From Thermoanaerobaculia bacterium (GTDB lineage Bacteria > Acidobacteriota > Thermoanaerobaculia > Multivoradales > Multivoraceae), in the NCBI GenBank assembly GCA_963666565.1, contig OY762911.1, positions 544,001 to 608,000 of the forward strand: a DNA stretch of 64,000 nt. The letters run 5' to 3'. A program made the translations under genes and the position numbers. This document shows positions 46,052 through 56,457 of the stretch, piece after piece. Under the pieces are notes generated by a model that was not told the DNA's origin, ran no database searches, and worked only from the letters and a program-made list of their open reading frames with translations. The stretch's first letter is position 1. Every line of letters starts with the position of its first letter.

Positions 46052-46900
46052 ATGCAGGATCGTAACAAAGGCGAGGGCGCCGAAACCGCCCCTTGCTCGC
46101 TCGCTCCGATCGGCGAGCTGATCGACCGGCTGCGGGTCGACTGCCCCTGGGACCGCGAGCTGTCGCTGGCGGACCTGCGGGCGTACCTGATCGAAGAGGC
46201 GCACGAACTGGCGGCGGCGATCGACGAGCGCGATCCCTCGGCGATCGAGGAGGAACTGGGCGACCTGCTGTTCGAGGCGGTCTACGTCGCCCGCCTCGCC
46301 GGCGCCGAACTGGCCGACGTGGAGGAGATGCCGCTCGACGGGGCGATCCGCGCGGTGATCGACAAGATGGTCGCCCGCCACCCCCATGTGTTCGGCGGCG
46401 AGGAGGAACGCGGCAAGGCCGGCTCCGCGGCCGAGGTCGCGGCGCTCTGGGAGCGGCGAAAGCAGAGTCCGGACGACGGGCGCTCCGCGCTGGACGGCGT
46501 GCCGGCCTCCCTGCCGGCGCTCGTCGGCGCCTACCGGCTCGGCCAGAAGGCCGCCGGCGTCGGTTTCGACTGGGAGTCGCCCGGGGCCGTGCGGGCCAAG
46601 GTGGCGGAGGAACTCGGCGAACTGGACCGCGAGACGGCGGACGGGGACGGCGGCCCACCGTCCGCCGAGGCGAAGGCGAGAGTCGAGGAGGAGCTGGGCG
46701 ACGTGCTGTTCGCGGTCGCCAACCTCGCCCGCCACCTGGAGATCGATCCGGAGCGCGCGCTCGCCGGGGCGAACCGGAAGTTCCGGCGGCGCTTCGCGGC
46801 GGTCGAGGCGGGGCTCGAGGCCGGGGAGGACGGGGAGACGGAGGCCGGCAGGATGGAGCGGATGGAGCGGTTGTGGGAAGAGGCGAAGCGGGGCGAGTAG
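46052..46900 (+). CDS. mazG: Nucleoside triphosphate pyrophosphohydrolase MazG (start uncertain)
   Basis: CPWDRE, EEAHE, EELGDLL, RHPHVF, GFDW, EELGDVLF, KFRRRF. Confidence 0.93.
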   Translation: MQDRNKGEGAETAPCSLAPIGELIDRLRVDCPWDRELSLADLRAYLIEEAHELAAAIDERDPSAIEEELGDLLFEAVYVARLAGAELADVEEMPLDGAIRAVIDKMVARHPHVFGGEEERGKAGSAAEVAALWERRKQSPDDGRSALDGVPASLPALVGAYRLGQKAAGVGFDWESPGAVRAKVAEELGELDRETADGDGGPPSAEAKARVEEELGDVLFAVANLARHLEIDPERALAGANRKFRRRFAAVEAGLEAGEDGETEAGRMERMERLWEEAKRGE

Positions 46901-46907
46901 CGCCGGG

Positions 46908-48137
46908 CTACAACTGGGGCGGCGGGGGCGCTTCCAGGATCAGCAGATCCAGCGCGTCTTCCAGGGCCGGGTCCGAGCCGTCTTCGGGCTCGCCGCCGTA
47001 GAGCGCGTTCACCCGGTTGTCGCTCTCGACGCGAATGCGGTCGTTGAGCCGCTCGCCTTCGGGGTCCGTGTAGAAGGCGTCGGTCGTCTCCAGCAGGCCG
47101 CCGCCGTTCGCCAGTTCGATCTGCCGCAGCGTGCCGGCATGGCCGAAGGTCGATTCGCCCAGGTGCCCGGCTTCGACCGCCTGGAGCAGGACGGCGGTCA
47201 GAACCTCGGCCGGCCCCTGGGAGCTCCGGTCGGTCAGGACGTCGATGTCGCCCGAGTACAGGCCGCCCGCGCCCACGAAGGTCGCCAGCTTCCGGTCCGC
47301 GCGGTCGAGCAGGCTGCCCAGCTCGCCCTCGGCGAACAGGCCGGCGACGGCGTAGGCGGCCTCGAAGGAACCTCCCGCGACGCCGCGGACGTCGATCAGC
47401 AGGGAGTCGCCGGCGTAGCCGTCGACCAACTCCTCCACCCGGGCCGCCGTGCCGGCGTCGAAGCTGGAGATCCTCAGCACGCCGACTCCCCGGACCTCCT
47501 CGAACTCCGGCGGCGCCGGATCGTACTCGTCCAGGATCAGCGTCGCCTCGACGCTGTCGCCGCGCCGCACCAGTTCCAGGTTCAGTTCGGAACCGGCCGG
47601 ACCGGCGAGCTGGCGCCGCAGTTCCCACAGCGGCATCGCGCGGGACGAGCGGCCGTTGATGCCGGCCACGATGTCGCCCCGCTCGAGGCCCGCCTTCTCG
47701 GCCGGACCGCCGTAGTCGACGGCGACCACGTAAGCCGTGCCGCGCTCCTTCAGCACAAGGACGCCCGAGTGCCGGCGGCCCACCTCGGCCGCGGCGCGGT
47801 ACGACTCGACCTCGCTCGCCGGCACGTAGACCGAGAACGGATCCAGGGCGTCCGTCACGCCGTCCAGGGATCCCGCCAGCAGGCGCCGGCCCTCGGGCTC
47901 TTCGACGTACGAGCCGCGGACGTGCTGCAGCACCTCTTCCCACAACGTGAGGTACTTGTAGATCGAGTCCCGCCCGCCGCCTTCCGGGTCGTCGCTGGCG
48001 CCCAGCCAGGCGCCGCCGGCGAGGCCCAGCAGCAGGAGCAGGAACAGGCCGGCGAACGCCAGCCGGCCGCGGCCGGACCCGCGGGCGCCGGTCGCCGACG
48101 GCCGCTCGCTGGCGTCACGATTCCGGTTGGGATGCAT
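46908..48137 (-). CDS. S41 (CtpA-like) PDZ peptidase homolog with apparently substituted catalytic residues
   Basis: LDPFSVY, PDZ PAEKAGLERGD, IDVRG..GG, SSQGPAEV in place of SASASE, TFGHA in place of TFGKG. Confidence 0.8.
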   Translation of the reverse strand: MHPNRNRDASERPSATGARGSGRGRLAFAGLFLLLLLGLAGGAWLGASDDPEGGGRDSIYKYLTLWEEVLQHVRGSYVEEPEGRRLLAGSLDGVTDALDPFSVYVPASEVESYRAAAEVGRRHSGVLVLKERGTAYVVAVDYGGPAEKAGLERGDIVAGINGRSSRAMPLWELRRQLAGPAGSELNLELVRRGDSVEATLILDEYDPAPPEFEEVRGVGVLRISSFDAGTAARVEELVDGYAGDSLLIDVRGVAGGSFEAAYAVAGLFAEGELGSLLDRADRKLATFVGAGGLYSGDIDVLTDRSSQGPAEVLTAVLLQAVEAGHLGESTFGHAGTLRQIELANGGGLLETTDAFYTDPEGERLNDRIRVESDNRVNALYGGEPEDGSDPALEDALDLLILEAPPPPQL

Positions 48138-48180
48138 GGCCGTTCGAAGGCAAGCGCGACTCGCGCCGCGGACTGCCGGA

Positions 48181-48519
48181 TCAGGCGAGCGAGGCGACCG
48201 CCTCGTCCTCGTCCTCCAGGATGTCCAGCACGGTGACCAACTGGGTGATCTGGAGCACGCCCAGCACCCGGCCCGGCAGGGAGAAGAGGCGCAGCTTGCC
48301 GCCCCGGTTGGTGACCGTGGTGTAGGCCGCGACCAGCTCGCCGACGCCGGAGGAGTCGATGGAACGCACGCGCCCCATGTTGAGCAGGATGTTCACGGCG
48401 CCGTCGGCGACCGCCGCCTGGACGGCCTCCCTCAGAGCCACGTCGCCCTCGCCAATGGTGATCCTGCCCTGGAGATCGAGGATCGTCGCTCCATCCCGCT
48501 GGCGCTTGTCAATCTTCAT
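48181..48519 (-). CDS. STAS-domain anti-sigma factor antagonist
   Basis: IDSSGVGELV with conserved phosphorylatable Ser; LQITQL. Confidence 0.9.
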   Translation of the reverse strand: MKIDKRQRDGATILDLQGRITIGEGDVALREAVQAAVADGAVNILLNMGRVRSIDSSGVGELVAAYTTVTNRGGKLRLFSLPGRVLGVLQITQLVTVLDILEDEDEAVASLA

Positions 48520-48981
48520 TCAGTCCTCCTGGTCTGCCTCGACCGCCGCCCCGGCGGCGCCGAACTTCTTCTGAAGCCGGACCTTCGTGCCGCCGCCGGC
48601 GCCGAAATCGTAGTCGATCTTATCCATGAACTTCCGCATGTAGAAGATCCCCCTGCCCTCCGTCTTCAGCAGGTTGTCGGGGGCCAGCGGATCGGCGACC
48701 GCGCTCGGGTCGAAGCCGCTGCCCCGGTCCTCCACCGTGATGTCGATGCCGCTCTCGTCCACCGCCAGGCACACCTCCACCTTCTTCTCCGGATCGAGCC
48801 CGTTGCCGTGCTTCATCGCGTTCGTCAGCGCTTCCCGCAGCGCGATCCCCATCCAGTAGCCCGCGTCTTCGTCGAGCGGCAGGGACGCGAGCGTCTCGTC
48901 CAGGACCGCCTGCACCAGTTCGATGTTCTCGTACCGGCTGCCGATGGAGAGCCGAATCGTGCGCTCAACGGGTTCCGGCAC
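48520..48981 (-). CDS. RsbW-like anti-sigma factor / Ser kinase (HATPase_c_2)
   Basis: EALTNAMKHGN, VEDRGSGFD, GRGIFYMRKFMD. Confidence 0.9.
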   Translation of the reverse strand: MPEPVERTIRLSIGSRYENIELVQAVLDETLASLPLDEDAGYWMGIALREALTNAMKHGNGLDPEKKVEVCLAVDESGIDITVEDRGSGFDPSAVADPLAPDNLLKTEGRGIFYMRKFMDKIDYDFGAGGGTKVRLQKKFGAAGAAVEADQED

Positions 48982-48994
48982 GGCAGCCTCCGCC

Positions 48995-49483
48995 TCAGGA
49001 ACGGGCCCGGGTGGCGCCGCGCTGGTGCTGGTACCGGCTTCCGGCGCCCGGTTCCCCGTACGCGGTCTCCGGCTCGGACTCCATCGCGATGAAGATCAAC
49101 TGGGCGATGCGGCGGCCGGCGTCGAGCACGAACGGCACCGGGCCGAGGTTCTGCAGCTCCAGGGTGATGTTCCCCTCGAACCCGGGGTCGCACCAGCCGG
49201 CCAGCGAGTGGTTGATCCACAGCCGGCCCAGCGTCGACTTGAGCTTCAGGTCGCAGGCCACCGAGCGCGGAATCCGCACGAACTCCAGGGTGGTGGCGAG
49301 CACCACCTCGCTCGGGAACAGCTTGATCCGGTCGCCGTGGAACTCCTCCGGGTCGCGGGTGGGGCAGATCCAGTGATCGCCGACGCGGACGTCGTAGCTG
49401 GCGGAGTTCACCTGCTCCGGCTTGAAGGGATCGACGCCGCCGGCCTCGCCCCAGGCGCGGATCCAGTGGTCCGGCTTGATCAT
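48995..49483 (-). CDS. dcd: dCTP deaminase
   Basis: SYDVR, KSTLGR, DPGFEGNITLE, RIAQLIF, YQHQRG. Confidence 0.9.
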   Translation of the reverse strand: MIKPDHWIRAWGEAGGVDPFKPEQVNSASYDVRVGDHWICPTRDPEEFHGDRIKLFPSEVVLATTLEFVRIPRSVACDLKLKSTLGRLWINHSLAGWCDPGFEGNITLELQNLGPVPFVLDAGRRIAQLIFIAMESEPETAYGEPGAGSRYQHQRGATRARS

Positions 49484-49501
49484 CGTTGCGCCGCCCCCGC
49501 C

Positions 49502-50476
49502 TCAGTGGAAGAACACGGGGCCCCGGTCGTCGCCCCGGTGGATCGTCTCGACGAAGCGGATCGCGCCCTCGGCGAGCGACATGAGCAGGGTCGAGGTCCG
49601 GTGGCCGCCGCCCTCGAAGCGGACGCCGCGCAGGAGGTCGCCGCCGGTGACGCCGGTGCAGCAGAACAGGATGTCCTCGCCCGGCGCCAGTTCCTCCGTG
49701 GTGCAGATCCGGTCGGGATCCTCGATGTCGAACTCGGCGAGCCGCCGCTCCTGCTCGTCGGACAGCGCCGACAGCCGGCCCTGGATCTCGCCGCCGAGGC
49801 AGCGCATCGCCGCCGCCGTGATGACCCCTTCCGGCGCCCCGCCTGTGCCGATCACCGCGTGGACGCCAGTGCCGCGAACCGCGGCCGCGATGCCCGTCGA
49901 CAGATCGCCGTCGCCGATCAGCTTGATCCGGGCGCCCGCGGTCCGGATGTCGTCGATCAGCCCGCGGTGCCGGTCCCGGTCGAGCACGACCACGGTCAGC
50001 GCGCTGACCGCGCAGTCGAAAGCGCCGGCGATCGCGTTCAGGTTGTCCTCGACGGGCGCGTCCAGGTCGACGCGTCCCCGCGCGGTGGGACCGACGACGA
50101 TCTTGTCCATGTAGATGTCCGGCGCGTGAAGCAGGCCGCCGCGCTCGGAGGCGGCGAGCACCGCCATCGCGTCGGACGCGCCGGTCGCGCAGAGATTCGT
50201 CCCCTCCAGCGGATCGACCGCGAAGTCGACCGGCAGGTCGCCGGCGGCCCGGCGGCCGACCTCTTCGCCGACGTAGAGCATCGGCGCCTTGTCCCGTTCT
50301 CCCTCGCCGATCACGACCCGGCCGTCGATCGCCATGCCGGCCAGTGCCTCGCGCATCGCCTCCACCGCGACGTGATCCGAGTGGCGCCGGTCGCCGTAGC
50401 CCATCGTCTGGGCCGCCGCCACCGCCGCGGCCTCGGTGACGGCGACGAAGTCGTGCTCGCGCAGGCCTCCCGTCAC
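49502..50476 (-). CDS. glpX: Class II fructose-1,6-bisphosphatase
   Basis: [42 protein letters not shown]; GTG start overlapping the upstream stop. Confidence 0.95.
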   Translation of the reverse strand: MTGGLREHDFVAVTEAAAVAAAQTMGYGDRRHSDHVAVEAMREALAGMAIDGRVVIGEGERDKAPMLYVGEEVGRRAAGDLPVDFAVDPLEGTNLCATGASDAMAVLAASERGGLLHAPDIYMDKIVVGPTARGRVDLDAPVEDNLNAIAGAFDCAVSALTVVVLDRDRHRGLIDDIRTAGARIKLIGDGDLSTGIAAAVRGTGVHAVIGTGGAPEGVITAAAMRCLGGEIQGRLSALSDEQERRLAEFDIEDPDRICTTEELAPGEDILFCCTGVTGGDLLRGVRFEGGGHRTSTLLMSLAEGAIRFVETIHRGDDRGPVFFH

Positions 50477-51747
50477 GCGCCGGCCCCGGCCGCCGCCGCC
50501 AGCTCCGGCCGCGCCTCGGTTTCCCGCGCCTGCGCGCGGCTCATCGGCGGATTGAAGGAGGGAATGCCGGTCACCGCGGCGCCGATCACCAGGCCGTGGA
50601 TGTCGTGCGTGCCCTCGTAGGTGTAGACCGACTCGATGTTCAGCATGTGGCGCACCACCGGATACTCGTCGGAGATGCCGTTGGCGCCCAGGATCTCCCG
50701 CGCCAGCTTCGCGCACTCGCGCGCCACCCAGACGTTGTTCCGCTTGCACATGGAGACGTGCTGCGGTTCCATCGTGCCGGCCGTCTTGAGGCCCGCCAAC
50801 TGGCGGACGAGGAACTGGCCCTTCGTGATCTCCGTGATCATCCACGCCAGCTTCTCCTGCACGAGCTGGTGGCTGGCGATCGGCTGGCCGGCGAACTGCA
50901 CCCGCTGGCGGGCGTACTCGAGCGCCGTGTGGTAGCACTCCATCGCCGACCCCAGACCGCCCCAGCAGATGCCGTAACGCGCCTGGTTCAGGGTCTGGAG
51001 CGCGCTGCCCACGCCGCGGGTGCCCGGCAGGATGTTCTCGGCCGGAATCCGGCAGTTCTGGAACGAGAGCTCGCCGGTCGCCGAGGCCCGCAGCGAGAAC
51101 TTGCCGTGCATCTCGGCGCTCGCGAAGCCGTCCGTCCCCTTCTCGACGAGAAAGCCGCGGATCCCCTCGTCCGTGCGCGCCCAGACGACCGCCACGTCGG
51201 CGACGTTGCCGTTCGTGATCCACTGCTTGGCGCCGTTCAGCACCCAGCAGTCCCCGTCCCGCCGCGCACGCGTCCGCATCGCCGAGGGGTTCGAGCCGAA
51301 GTCCGGCTCGGTGAGCCCGAAGCAGCCGATCAGGCGGCCGCTCGCCAGCCCCGGGATGAAGCGGTCCTTCTGCTCCTTCGAGCCGAAGGTCAGGATCGGG
51401 TACATGACCAGGGAGCTCTGGACCGAGACCATGCTGCGGACGCCCGAGTCTCCGCGCTCGAGCTCCTGCATGACCAGGCCGTACGCCACGTCGCCCAGGC
51501 CCGGCAGCCCGTACTCGGTGAAGTTCGCCCCGAACAGGTTCAGGTCGCCCATCTCGGGAGCGAGTTCCATCGGCGCCCGCGCCTCGCGGTGGCACTGCTC
51601 GATGATCGGCTTCACCCGCTCGTCGACGAACTGGCGGACGGTGTCCCTGATCAGCCGCTCCTCGCCGCTGAGCAGCGAATCGAAGTTCATGAAATCAACG
51701 CCGGGGAATCGCTCCAAGGCCTCGCTCCTGGTGGTTTGCGGCAGCAC
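50473..51747 (-). CDS. Acyl-CoA dehydrogenase, glutaryl-CoA dehydrogenase-like
   Basis: [44 protein letters not shown]. Confidence 0.9.
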   Translation of the reverse strand: MLPQTTRSEALERFPGVDFMNFDSLLSGEERLIRDTVRQFVDERVKPIIEQCHREARAPMELAPEMGDLNLFGANFTEYGLPGLGDVAYGLVMQELERGDSGVRSMVSVQSSLVMYPILTFGSKEQKDRFIPGLASGRLIGCFGLTEPDFGSNPSAMRTRARRDGDCWVLNGAKQWITNGNVADVAVVWARTDEGIRGFLVEKGTDGFASAEMHGKFSLRASATGELSFQNCRIPAENILPGTRGVGSALQTLNQARYGICWGGLGSAMECYHTALEYARQRVQFAGQPIASHQLVQEKLAWMITEITKGQFLVRQLAGLKTAGTMEPQHVSMCKRNNVWVARECAKLAREILGANGISDEYPVVRHMLNIESVYTYEGTHDIHGLVIGAAVTGIPSFNPPMSRAQARETEARPELAAAAGAGA

Positions 51748-51821
51748 CGAACCCTAGCAGCCGGCGCGCCGCCCGCCAGGAGGCTGCGTCGCTCAACGCA
51801 GCGAGGCGGCGTCGGACGTAC

Positions 51822-52004
51822 CCGCCCGTCCTGGGTCAGGAGGGGTCGGCGCCCAGGTGACGCTCGCGCTCCAGAGGAGAATGGGAGGGGTTGCGCCCGC
51901 TCCGCTTCACTCGCTCCGGTTCGGCGTCGGCTTCCGGGAAGGCGTCGGCCGTCGCTCGTTCAGAGGCGCCTGGGCGCCGACCCCTCCTGACCCGACTGGG
52001 CTGG
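51822..52004 (+). repeat. ~185-nt intergenic hairpin element, copy D (most diverged)
   Basis: Inverted repeat GGGTCAGGAGGGGTCGGCGCCCAGG / CCTGGGCGCCGACCCCTCCTGACCC; GACGCTCGCGC after the left arm; ends CCGCCC...GGGCTGG then ACGC. Confidence 0.75.
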
Positions 52005-52173
52005 ACGCCGGTGCCTGGGGCAAACATGGGGCCTGCGACAGGTGGACGGCTAGGAGCTTGCGCCGCAGAACGCAGCGCAGCAAGTCTGCGGCGCAAGCGC
52101 CGCCGTGCGGACGGGATGGGCCGAAACACCGAGTACCGCGAGGGGTTTCGGGGCGCTAGCATCCGGTTCCGCC

Positions 52174-53016
52174 GTGACCTGGATCCGACTCCTCCTGCCG
52201 CTTCTCGCCGGCGTCGCCTGCGCCTGGTGGATCGACCGCTCGACGACGGTGCGGGGGTTGCTGCCGCCGGGCTTCGCGGGCGCCTCGCGCGAAGCCGTTC
52301 GCCGGCGCCTCTGGGCCACGGCGCTGCTGGCGCTCGTGCTCTGGGTCGGCGTGTTCGCCGCCGCCGGCCAGATCGGCCTGCCGTCGCCCGTCGAGGACAT
52401 CGATCTGGAGAGCCTGTCCCCCCTGAACCTGTTCCTGACTCACGCGATCCTCGTCGCGACGCTGACGGCGTGGATGGTCCTCGGCTACTGGCGCTGCGGC
52501 CACGACGCCCGAACCGTCGTCGCGACCCAGCTCGGTCTGCGCACCCGCGCCGGCCAGTCGATCTCCGCCGAAGTCGGGCTCGGACTCGGCGCCGGCGTCG
52601 TCCTGTGGGGCGGCGTACTCGCCGTCGTGCTCCTGGCGGCCCTGATCGTCGGCGCCATCGGCGGCTTCGAGAACCTCCCCGACGAGGCGCCGACGATGGT
52701 CCTCTGGATGGGTAGCCTGCCGGTACTGATCCGGCTCCTGCTCAGCCTCTCCGCCGGCGTCGTCGAGGAGATCTTCTTCCGCGGCTTCCTCATGCCCAGA
52801 GCCGGCTTCGCGACCTCGAACGTCCTGTTCGTACTCGGCCACATGAACTACCAGCAGCCGCTCATGCTGCTGGGCGTCGCCCTGCTCTCCGTCGCCTTCA
52901 GCTACCTCACCCTCTGGCGAGGCAACATCTGGCCCGCCATCGCCGCCCACTTCCTGTTCGACGCGATCCAGTTGCTCATCGTCGTCCCCTCCGCCGCCGG
53001 CGCCGCAGGGGGTTAG
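52174..53016 (+). CDS. CPBP/Abi (CAAX protease) family intramembrane metalloprotease
   Basis: Multiple TM helices; EEIFFRG, FVLGH, AHFLFD. Confidence 0.88.
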   Translation: MTWIRLLLPLLAGVACAWWIDRSTTVRGLLPPGFAGASREAVRRRLWATALLALVLWVGVFAAAGQIGLPSPVEDIDLESLSPLNLFLTHAILVATLTAWMVLGYWRCGHDARTVVATQLGLRTRAGQSISAEVGLGLGAGVVLWGGVLAVVLLAALIVGAIGGFENLPDEAPTMVLWMGSLPVLIRLLLSLSAGVVEEIFFRGFLMPRAGFATSNVLFVLGHMNYQQPLMLLGVALLSVAFSYLTLWRGNIWPAIAAHFLFDAIQLLIVVPSAAGAAGG

Positions 53017-53046
53017 CCGCCGGCGACCGCGACATTGTCATCGGCC

Positions 53047-54246
53047 TCAGACCAGCAGGCCGGCGATCGTCGCCGTCTGCAGGCAAGCGAGGGTGCCGGC
53101 GATCATCGCGCGGAGGCCGAGGCTCGCCAGTTCGCTCTTGCGTTCCGGGGCGATGCCGCCGATGCCGCCGATCTGGATCGCGATCGACGAGAAGTTCGAG
53201 AAGCCGCACAGTGCGTAGGTGGCGATGACCCGTGACTTCTCGGACAAACGGTTCTCGGCCGAGATGTCCTCGAACCGCGAGTAGGCGACGAACTCGTTGG
53301 CCGCGGTCTTGAGGCCAAGGAGCGTTCCCACCGCGTCCGCTTCCGCCCACGGCACCCCCATGACCCAGGCCAGGGGCCGGAACAGGAAGCCGAGGATCAT
53401 CTCCAGGTTCAGGCCGGGAAGGCCGATCCAGCCCCCCACCGGGGCGAGCAGGCCATTCGCCAGCGCCACCAGGGCGATGAACGCGAGCAGCATGGCACCG
53501 ACGTTCAGCGCCAGCTTCAGGCCGTCGCCGGCGCCCTGGGCGGCGGCGTCGATCATGTTGGCCCAGGGCGTCTTCACCTTGAAGTCGGCCTTCGCGGGAA
53601 CGCGCCCGGTTTCCGTCTCCGGGACCATCAGTTTGGCCATGACGAGAGCCGCCGGCGCCGACATGACGCTCGCCGCGATCAGGTGGCCGGCCGAGATGCC
53701 CATGCCGACGTATGCGGCAAGAACGCCGCCGGCGACCGTGGCGAAGCCGCCGGTCATCACCGCCATCAGCTCCGAGCGGGTCATGCCGCCGACGTAGGAG
53801 CGGATCAGGAGCGGCGCCTCCGTCTGACCCACGAAGATGTTCGCGGAAGCGGACAGCGACTCGGGACCGGACGTGCCCATCGCCTTCGTCATCACCACGG
53901 CGAAGACCTTGACCACCCGCTGGATGACGCCGAGGTGGTAGAGCACGGCGACCACGCTCGAGAAGAAGATGATCGTCGGCAGCACCCGGAAGGCGAAGGG
54001 AACGTGGTCGAACCCCTGGCCGAAGACGAACCGCGAACCGTCGTCGGCAAAGGTCAGGAACGTCGTCACGACATCCGTGGCGACCGCGAAGAACGCCTCC
54101 CCGGGGGCCGTCTTCAGAATCAGCAGCGCGAGGGCGAACTGGATCGCGATGCCCGTGACCACGGTCCGCCAGCGGACCTGGAAGCGGTTCGTGGAGATCA
54201 GCCAGGCGATGCCCGGGATGACGAGGAGTCCGATCAGCCCCGTCAT
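53047..54246 (-). CDS. nupC: NupC/CNT-family nucleoside transporter
   Basis: [51 protein letters not shown]. Confidence 0.92.
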   Translation of the reverse strand: MTGLIGLLVIPGIAWLISTNRFQVRWRTVVTGIAIQFALALLILKTAPGEAFFAVATDVVTTFLTFADDGSRFVFGQGFDHVPFAFRVLPTIIFFSSVVAVLYHLGVIQRVVKVFAVVMTKAMGTSGPESLSASANIFVGQTEAPLLIRSYVGGMTRSELMAVMTGGFATVAGGVLAAYVGMGISAGHLIAASVMSAPAALVMAKLMVPETETGRVPAKADFKVKTPWANMIDAAAQGAGDGLKLALNVGAMLLAFIALVALANGLLAPVGGWIGLPGLNLEMILGFLFRPLAWVMGVPWAEADAVGTLLGLKTAANEFVAYSRFEDISAENRLSEKSRVIATYALCGFSNFSSIAIQIGGIGGIAPERKSELASLGLRAMIAGTLACLQTATIAGLLV

Positions 54247-54345
54247 CGCGCGGCTCGGTCGAACGCTCCCGGCACGTTCCCTCGGCGCGCCCTGGAGGCG
54301 CCCCTCGCCGGTCCCGGTGCTAAGGCGGTCCCTGCCAAGGGAGAA

Positions 54346-55278
54346 CTACGGACCGCTCGCCTTCAGGAAGCTGAAGTAGTCGCTGTCGGTCGAGACGACC
54401 AGCCAGGTGTTCGGGTCGATCGTCGTCTCGAACGCCTCCATCGTGCGCAGGAACTCGTAGAAGTTGCGCGACTGGACCGACTGGTTGTAGGCCGAGGCGT
54501 AGATCTCGGTGGCCTCGGCGTCGGCCCGGCCCCGGATCTCGGTCGCCTGGCGGTAGGCCTCGGACTCGATCCGCTTCAGGTCGCGGTCCATGTTGCCGAG
54601 AATCTCCGAGGCCTGACCCTGGCCCTGGGAGCGGAAGCGGTCGGCGATCCGCTGCCGTTCCGAAATCATCCGGTTGAAGACGTCCGGCTCGACCTGCTCG
54701 CCGTAGTTGATGCGGCGGAACTGCACGTCCAGGACCTGAATGCCGAGATCGTCGGTCCGGGTCTGCGCCGCGGCCAGGATGTCCTGCCGGATCTTGTCCC
54801 GGCCGGTGACGATCTCCTCCAGGCCGCCGCCGGCGTCCGGGTACGACTCGTCGGCCGCCGCCTCGCGGTTCGAGCTGCGGATGACCTCGATCAGGTCGTG
54901 GTTGGCGATCGCGTTCCGGGTCTCGCCGTCCAGGATGTCGTCGAGCCGCGACTGCGCGCCGCGCTCGTCGCGCAGCCGCTGGAAGAACAGCAGCGGATCC
55001 GAGATCCGCCATCGGGCGTAGGTGTCGACGAAGATGAAGACCTTGTCGCGGGTGGGCAACTCCTCCGCGGAGCCCTGCCACTCCAGGAAGCGGCGGTCGA
55101 AGTACTGCGCGTTCCGCCAGGGCAACTTGAACTTGAGCCCCGGCGTGTCGATCGCGTCGCCGACGGGAGCGCCGAACTCGGTGATGATCGCCTGGCGGTC
55201 CTCCCGCACGATGAACAGCGACAGGTTGGCCAGCAGCAGCAGCCCCAGGGCCAGAATCACGACGACGATCCTCTTCAC
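54346..55278 (-). CDS. hflC: FtsH protease modulator HflC
   Basis: TM + SPFH; VDTYARWRISDP, RMISERQRIADRFRSQGQG, FYEFLRTMEA. Confidence 0.93.
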   Translation of the reverse strand: MKRIVVVILALGLLLLANLSLFIVREDRQAIITEFGAPVGDAIDTPGLKFKLPWRNAQYFDRRFLEWQGSAEELPTRDKVFIFVDTYARWRISDPLLFFQRLRDERGAQSRLDDILDGETRNAIANHDLIEVIRSSNREAAADESYPDAGGGLEEIVTGRDKIRQDILAAAQTRTDDLGIQVLDVQFRRINYGEQVEPDVFNRMISERQRIADRFRSQGQGQASEILGNMDRDLKRIESEAYRQATEIRGRADAEATEIYASAYNQSVQSRNFYEFLRTMEAFETTIDPNTWLVVSTDSDYFSFLKASGP

Positions 55279-56312
55279 GGCGTTCCCTCCCCGGCCTGCT
55301 GGGCCGCGACCTGCCGGCTCGTCCGCGCCGTGCTGACTCCCTCGAAGCTCATGATCGGCGTCAGGCCGTCCACGTCCTCGTCGACGACGATCTTCCGGCC
55401 GACCTTCGGCAGCACCCGCTCCATCGTCTCGATGAACAGCCGCTTCCGCGTCACTTCCGGCGCCTGGCGGAACTCCTCGTAGAGGGCGTTGAAGCGCGTC
55501 GCGTCGCCCTGGGCGCGGTTGACCCGGTCGAGCGCGTAGCCCTCCGCCTGCTGGATCGTCTGCAGCGCCTGGCCCTCGGCCCGGGGGATGACCCGGTTGT
55601 ATTCGGCCTCGGCTTCGTTGACCAGGCGCTCGAGCTCCTGCTCGGCCTGATTGACCGCGTTGAAGGAGGGCTTGACCGGCTCGGGCGGGTTGTTGCTCTG
55701 GAGCACGACCTGATCGATATCGATCCCGGTCTCGTACTGGTCGCAGAGCGCCTGCAATTCGAGCTTGACCGTGCCTTCGATGTCGGCCCGGCCGACAGTG
55801 AGCACCTCGTTCACCGTGCGGTCGCCGACCACCTTGCGCATGACCGCCTCGCTCATGTCGCGGAAGGTGCCGTCCAGGTTGCGGACCCGGTACAGGTAGC
55901 GGTACGGGTCGACGACCCGGTACTGCACGACCCATTCGACCACCGCCGCGTTCAGGTCGCCGGTCAGCATGTTCGCCTCTTCGGCGTTGCCCACGAAGGA
56001 GCTGCGCACCGCCACGTTCTCGCTGCGGAAACCGAACTCCTGCTTCAACTGGCGCCTCACCGGGACCTTCTCCAGTTGGTCGACCACCGGGATCTTGAAG
56101 TTCAGCCCCGGTTCCTTGGTGCCGGCGTACTTGCCGAGACGCAGGATCACTCCCACTTCCTCGGGCTGCACCGTGTAGACGCTGTTCAGCGCAAGCAGGC
56201 CGACCACGACGACCAGCGCGACGATCTTCAGACCGCCCAGCCGCTCGCGCAGGACCTTCGTTACGTTGCCTAGATCGAGCGGACTGTCGCCGCCGGGAAA
56301 GTTGTCTGCCAT
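55275..56312 (-). CDS. hflK: FtsH protease modulator HflK
   Basis: MLTGDLN, PEPVKPSF, IPRAEGQA, APEVTRKRLFIETM; ATG at 56312. Confidence 0.93.
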   Translation of the reverse strand: MADNFPGGDSPLDLGNVTKVLRERLGGLKIVALVVVVGLLALNSVYTVQPEEVGVILRLGKYAGTKEPGLNFKIPVVDQLEKVPVRRQLKQEFGFRSENVAVRSSFVGNAEEANMLTGDLNAAVVEWVVQYRVVDPYRYLYRVRNLDGTFRDMSEAVMRKVVGDRTVNEVLTVGRADIEGTVKLELQALCDQYETGIDIDQVVLQSNNPPEPVKPSFNAVNQAEQELERLVNEAEAEYNRVIPRAEGQALQTIQQAEGYALDRVNRAQGDATRFNALYEEFRQAPEVTRKRLFIETMERVLPKVGRKIVVDEDVDGLTPIMSFEGVSTARTSRQVAAQQAGEGTP

Positions 56313-56457
56313 GGCAGCCGAGGCTATGCCATCGCCGCCTTGTTGACAACCGGCGGCGCGCCGAATCCGCGCCGCCGCGCGCGGACCGCGGCGCGGCGTG
56401 CCGGAGGCCCCCGTCAGCGGGCCCGGCGCCGGCCGGGCAGCCGTTAGTCTCGCCGCC

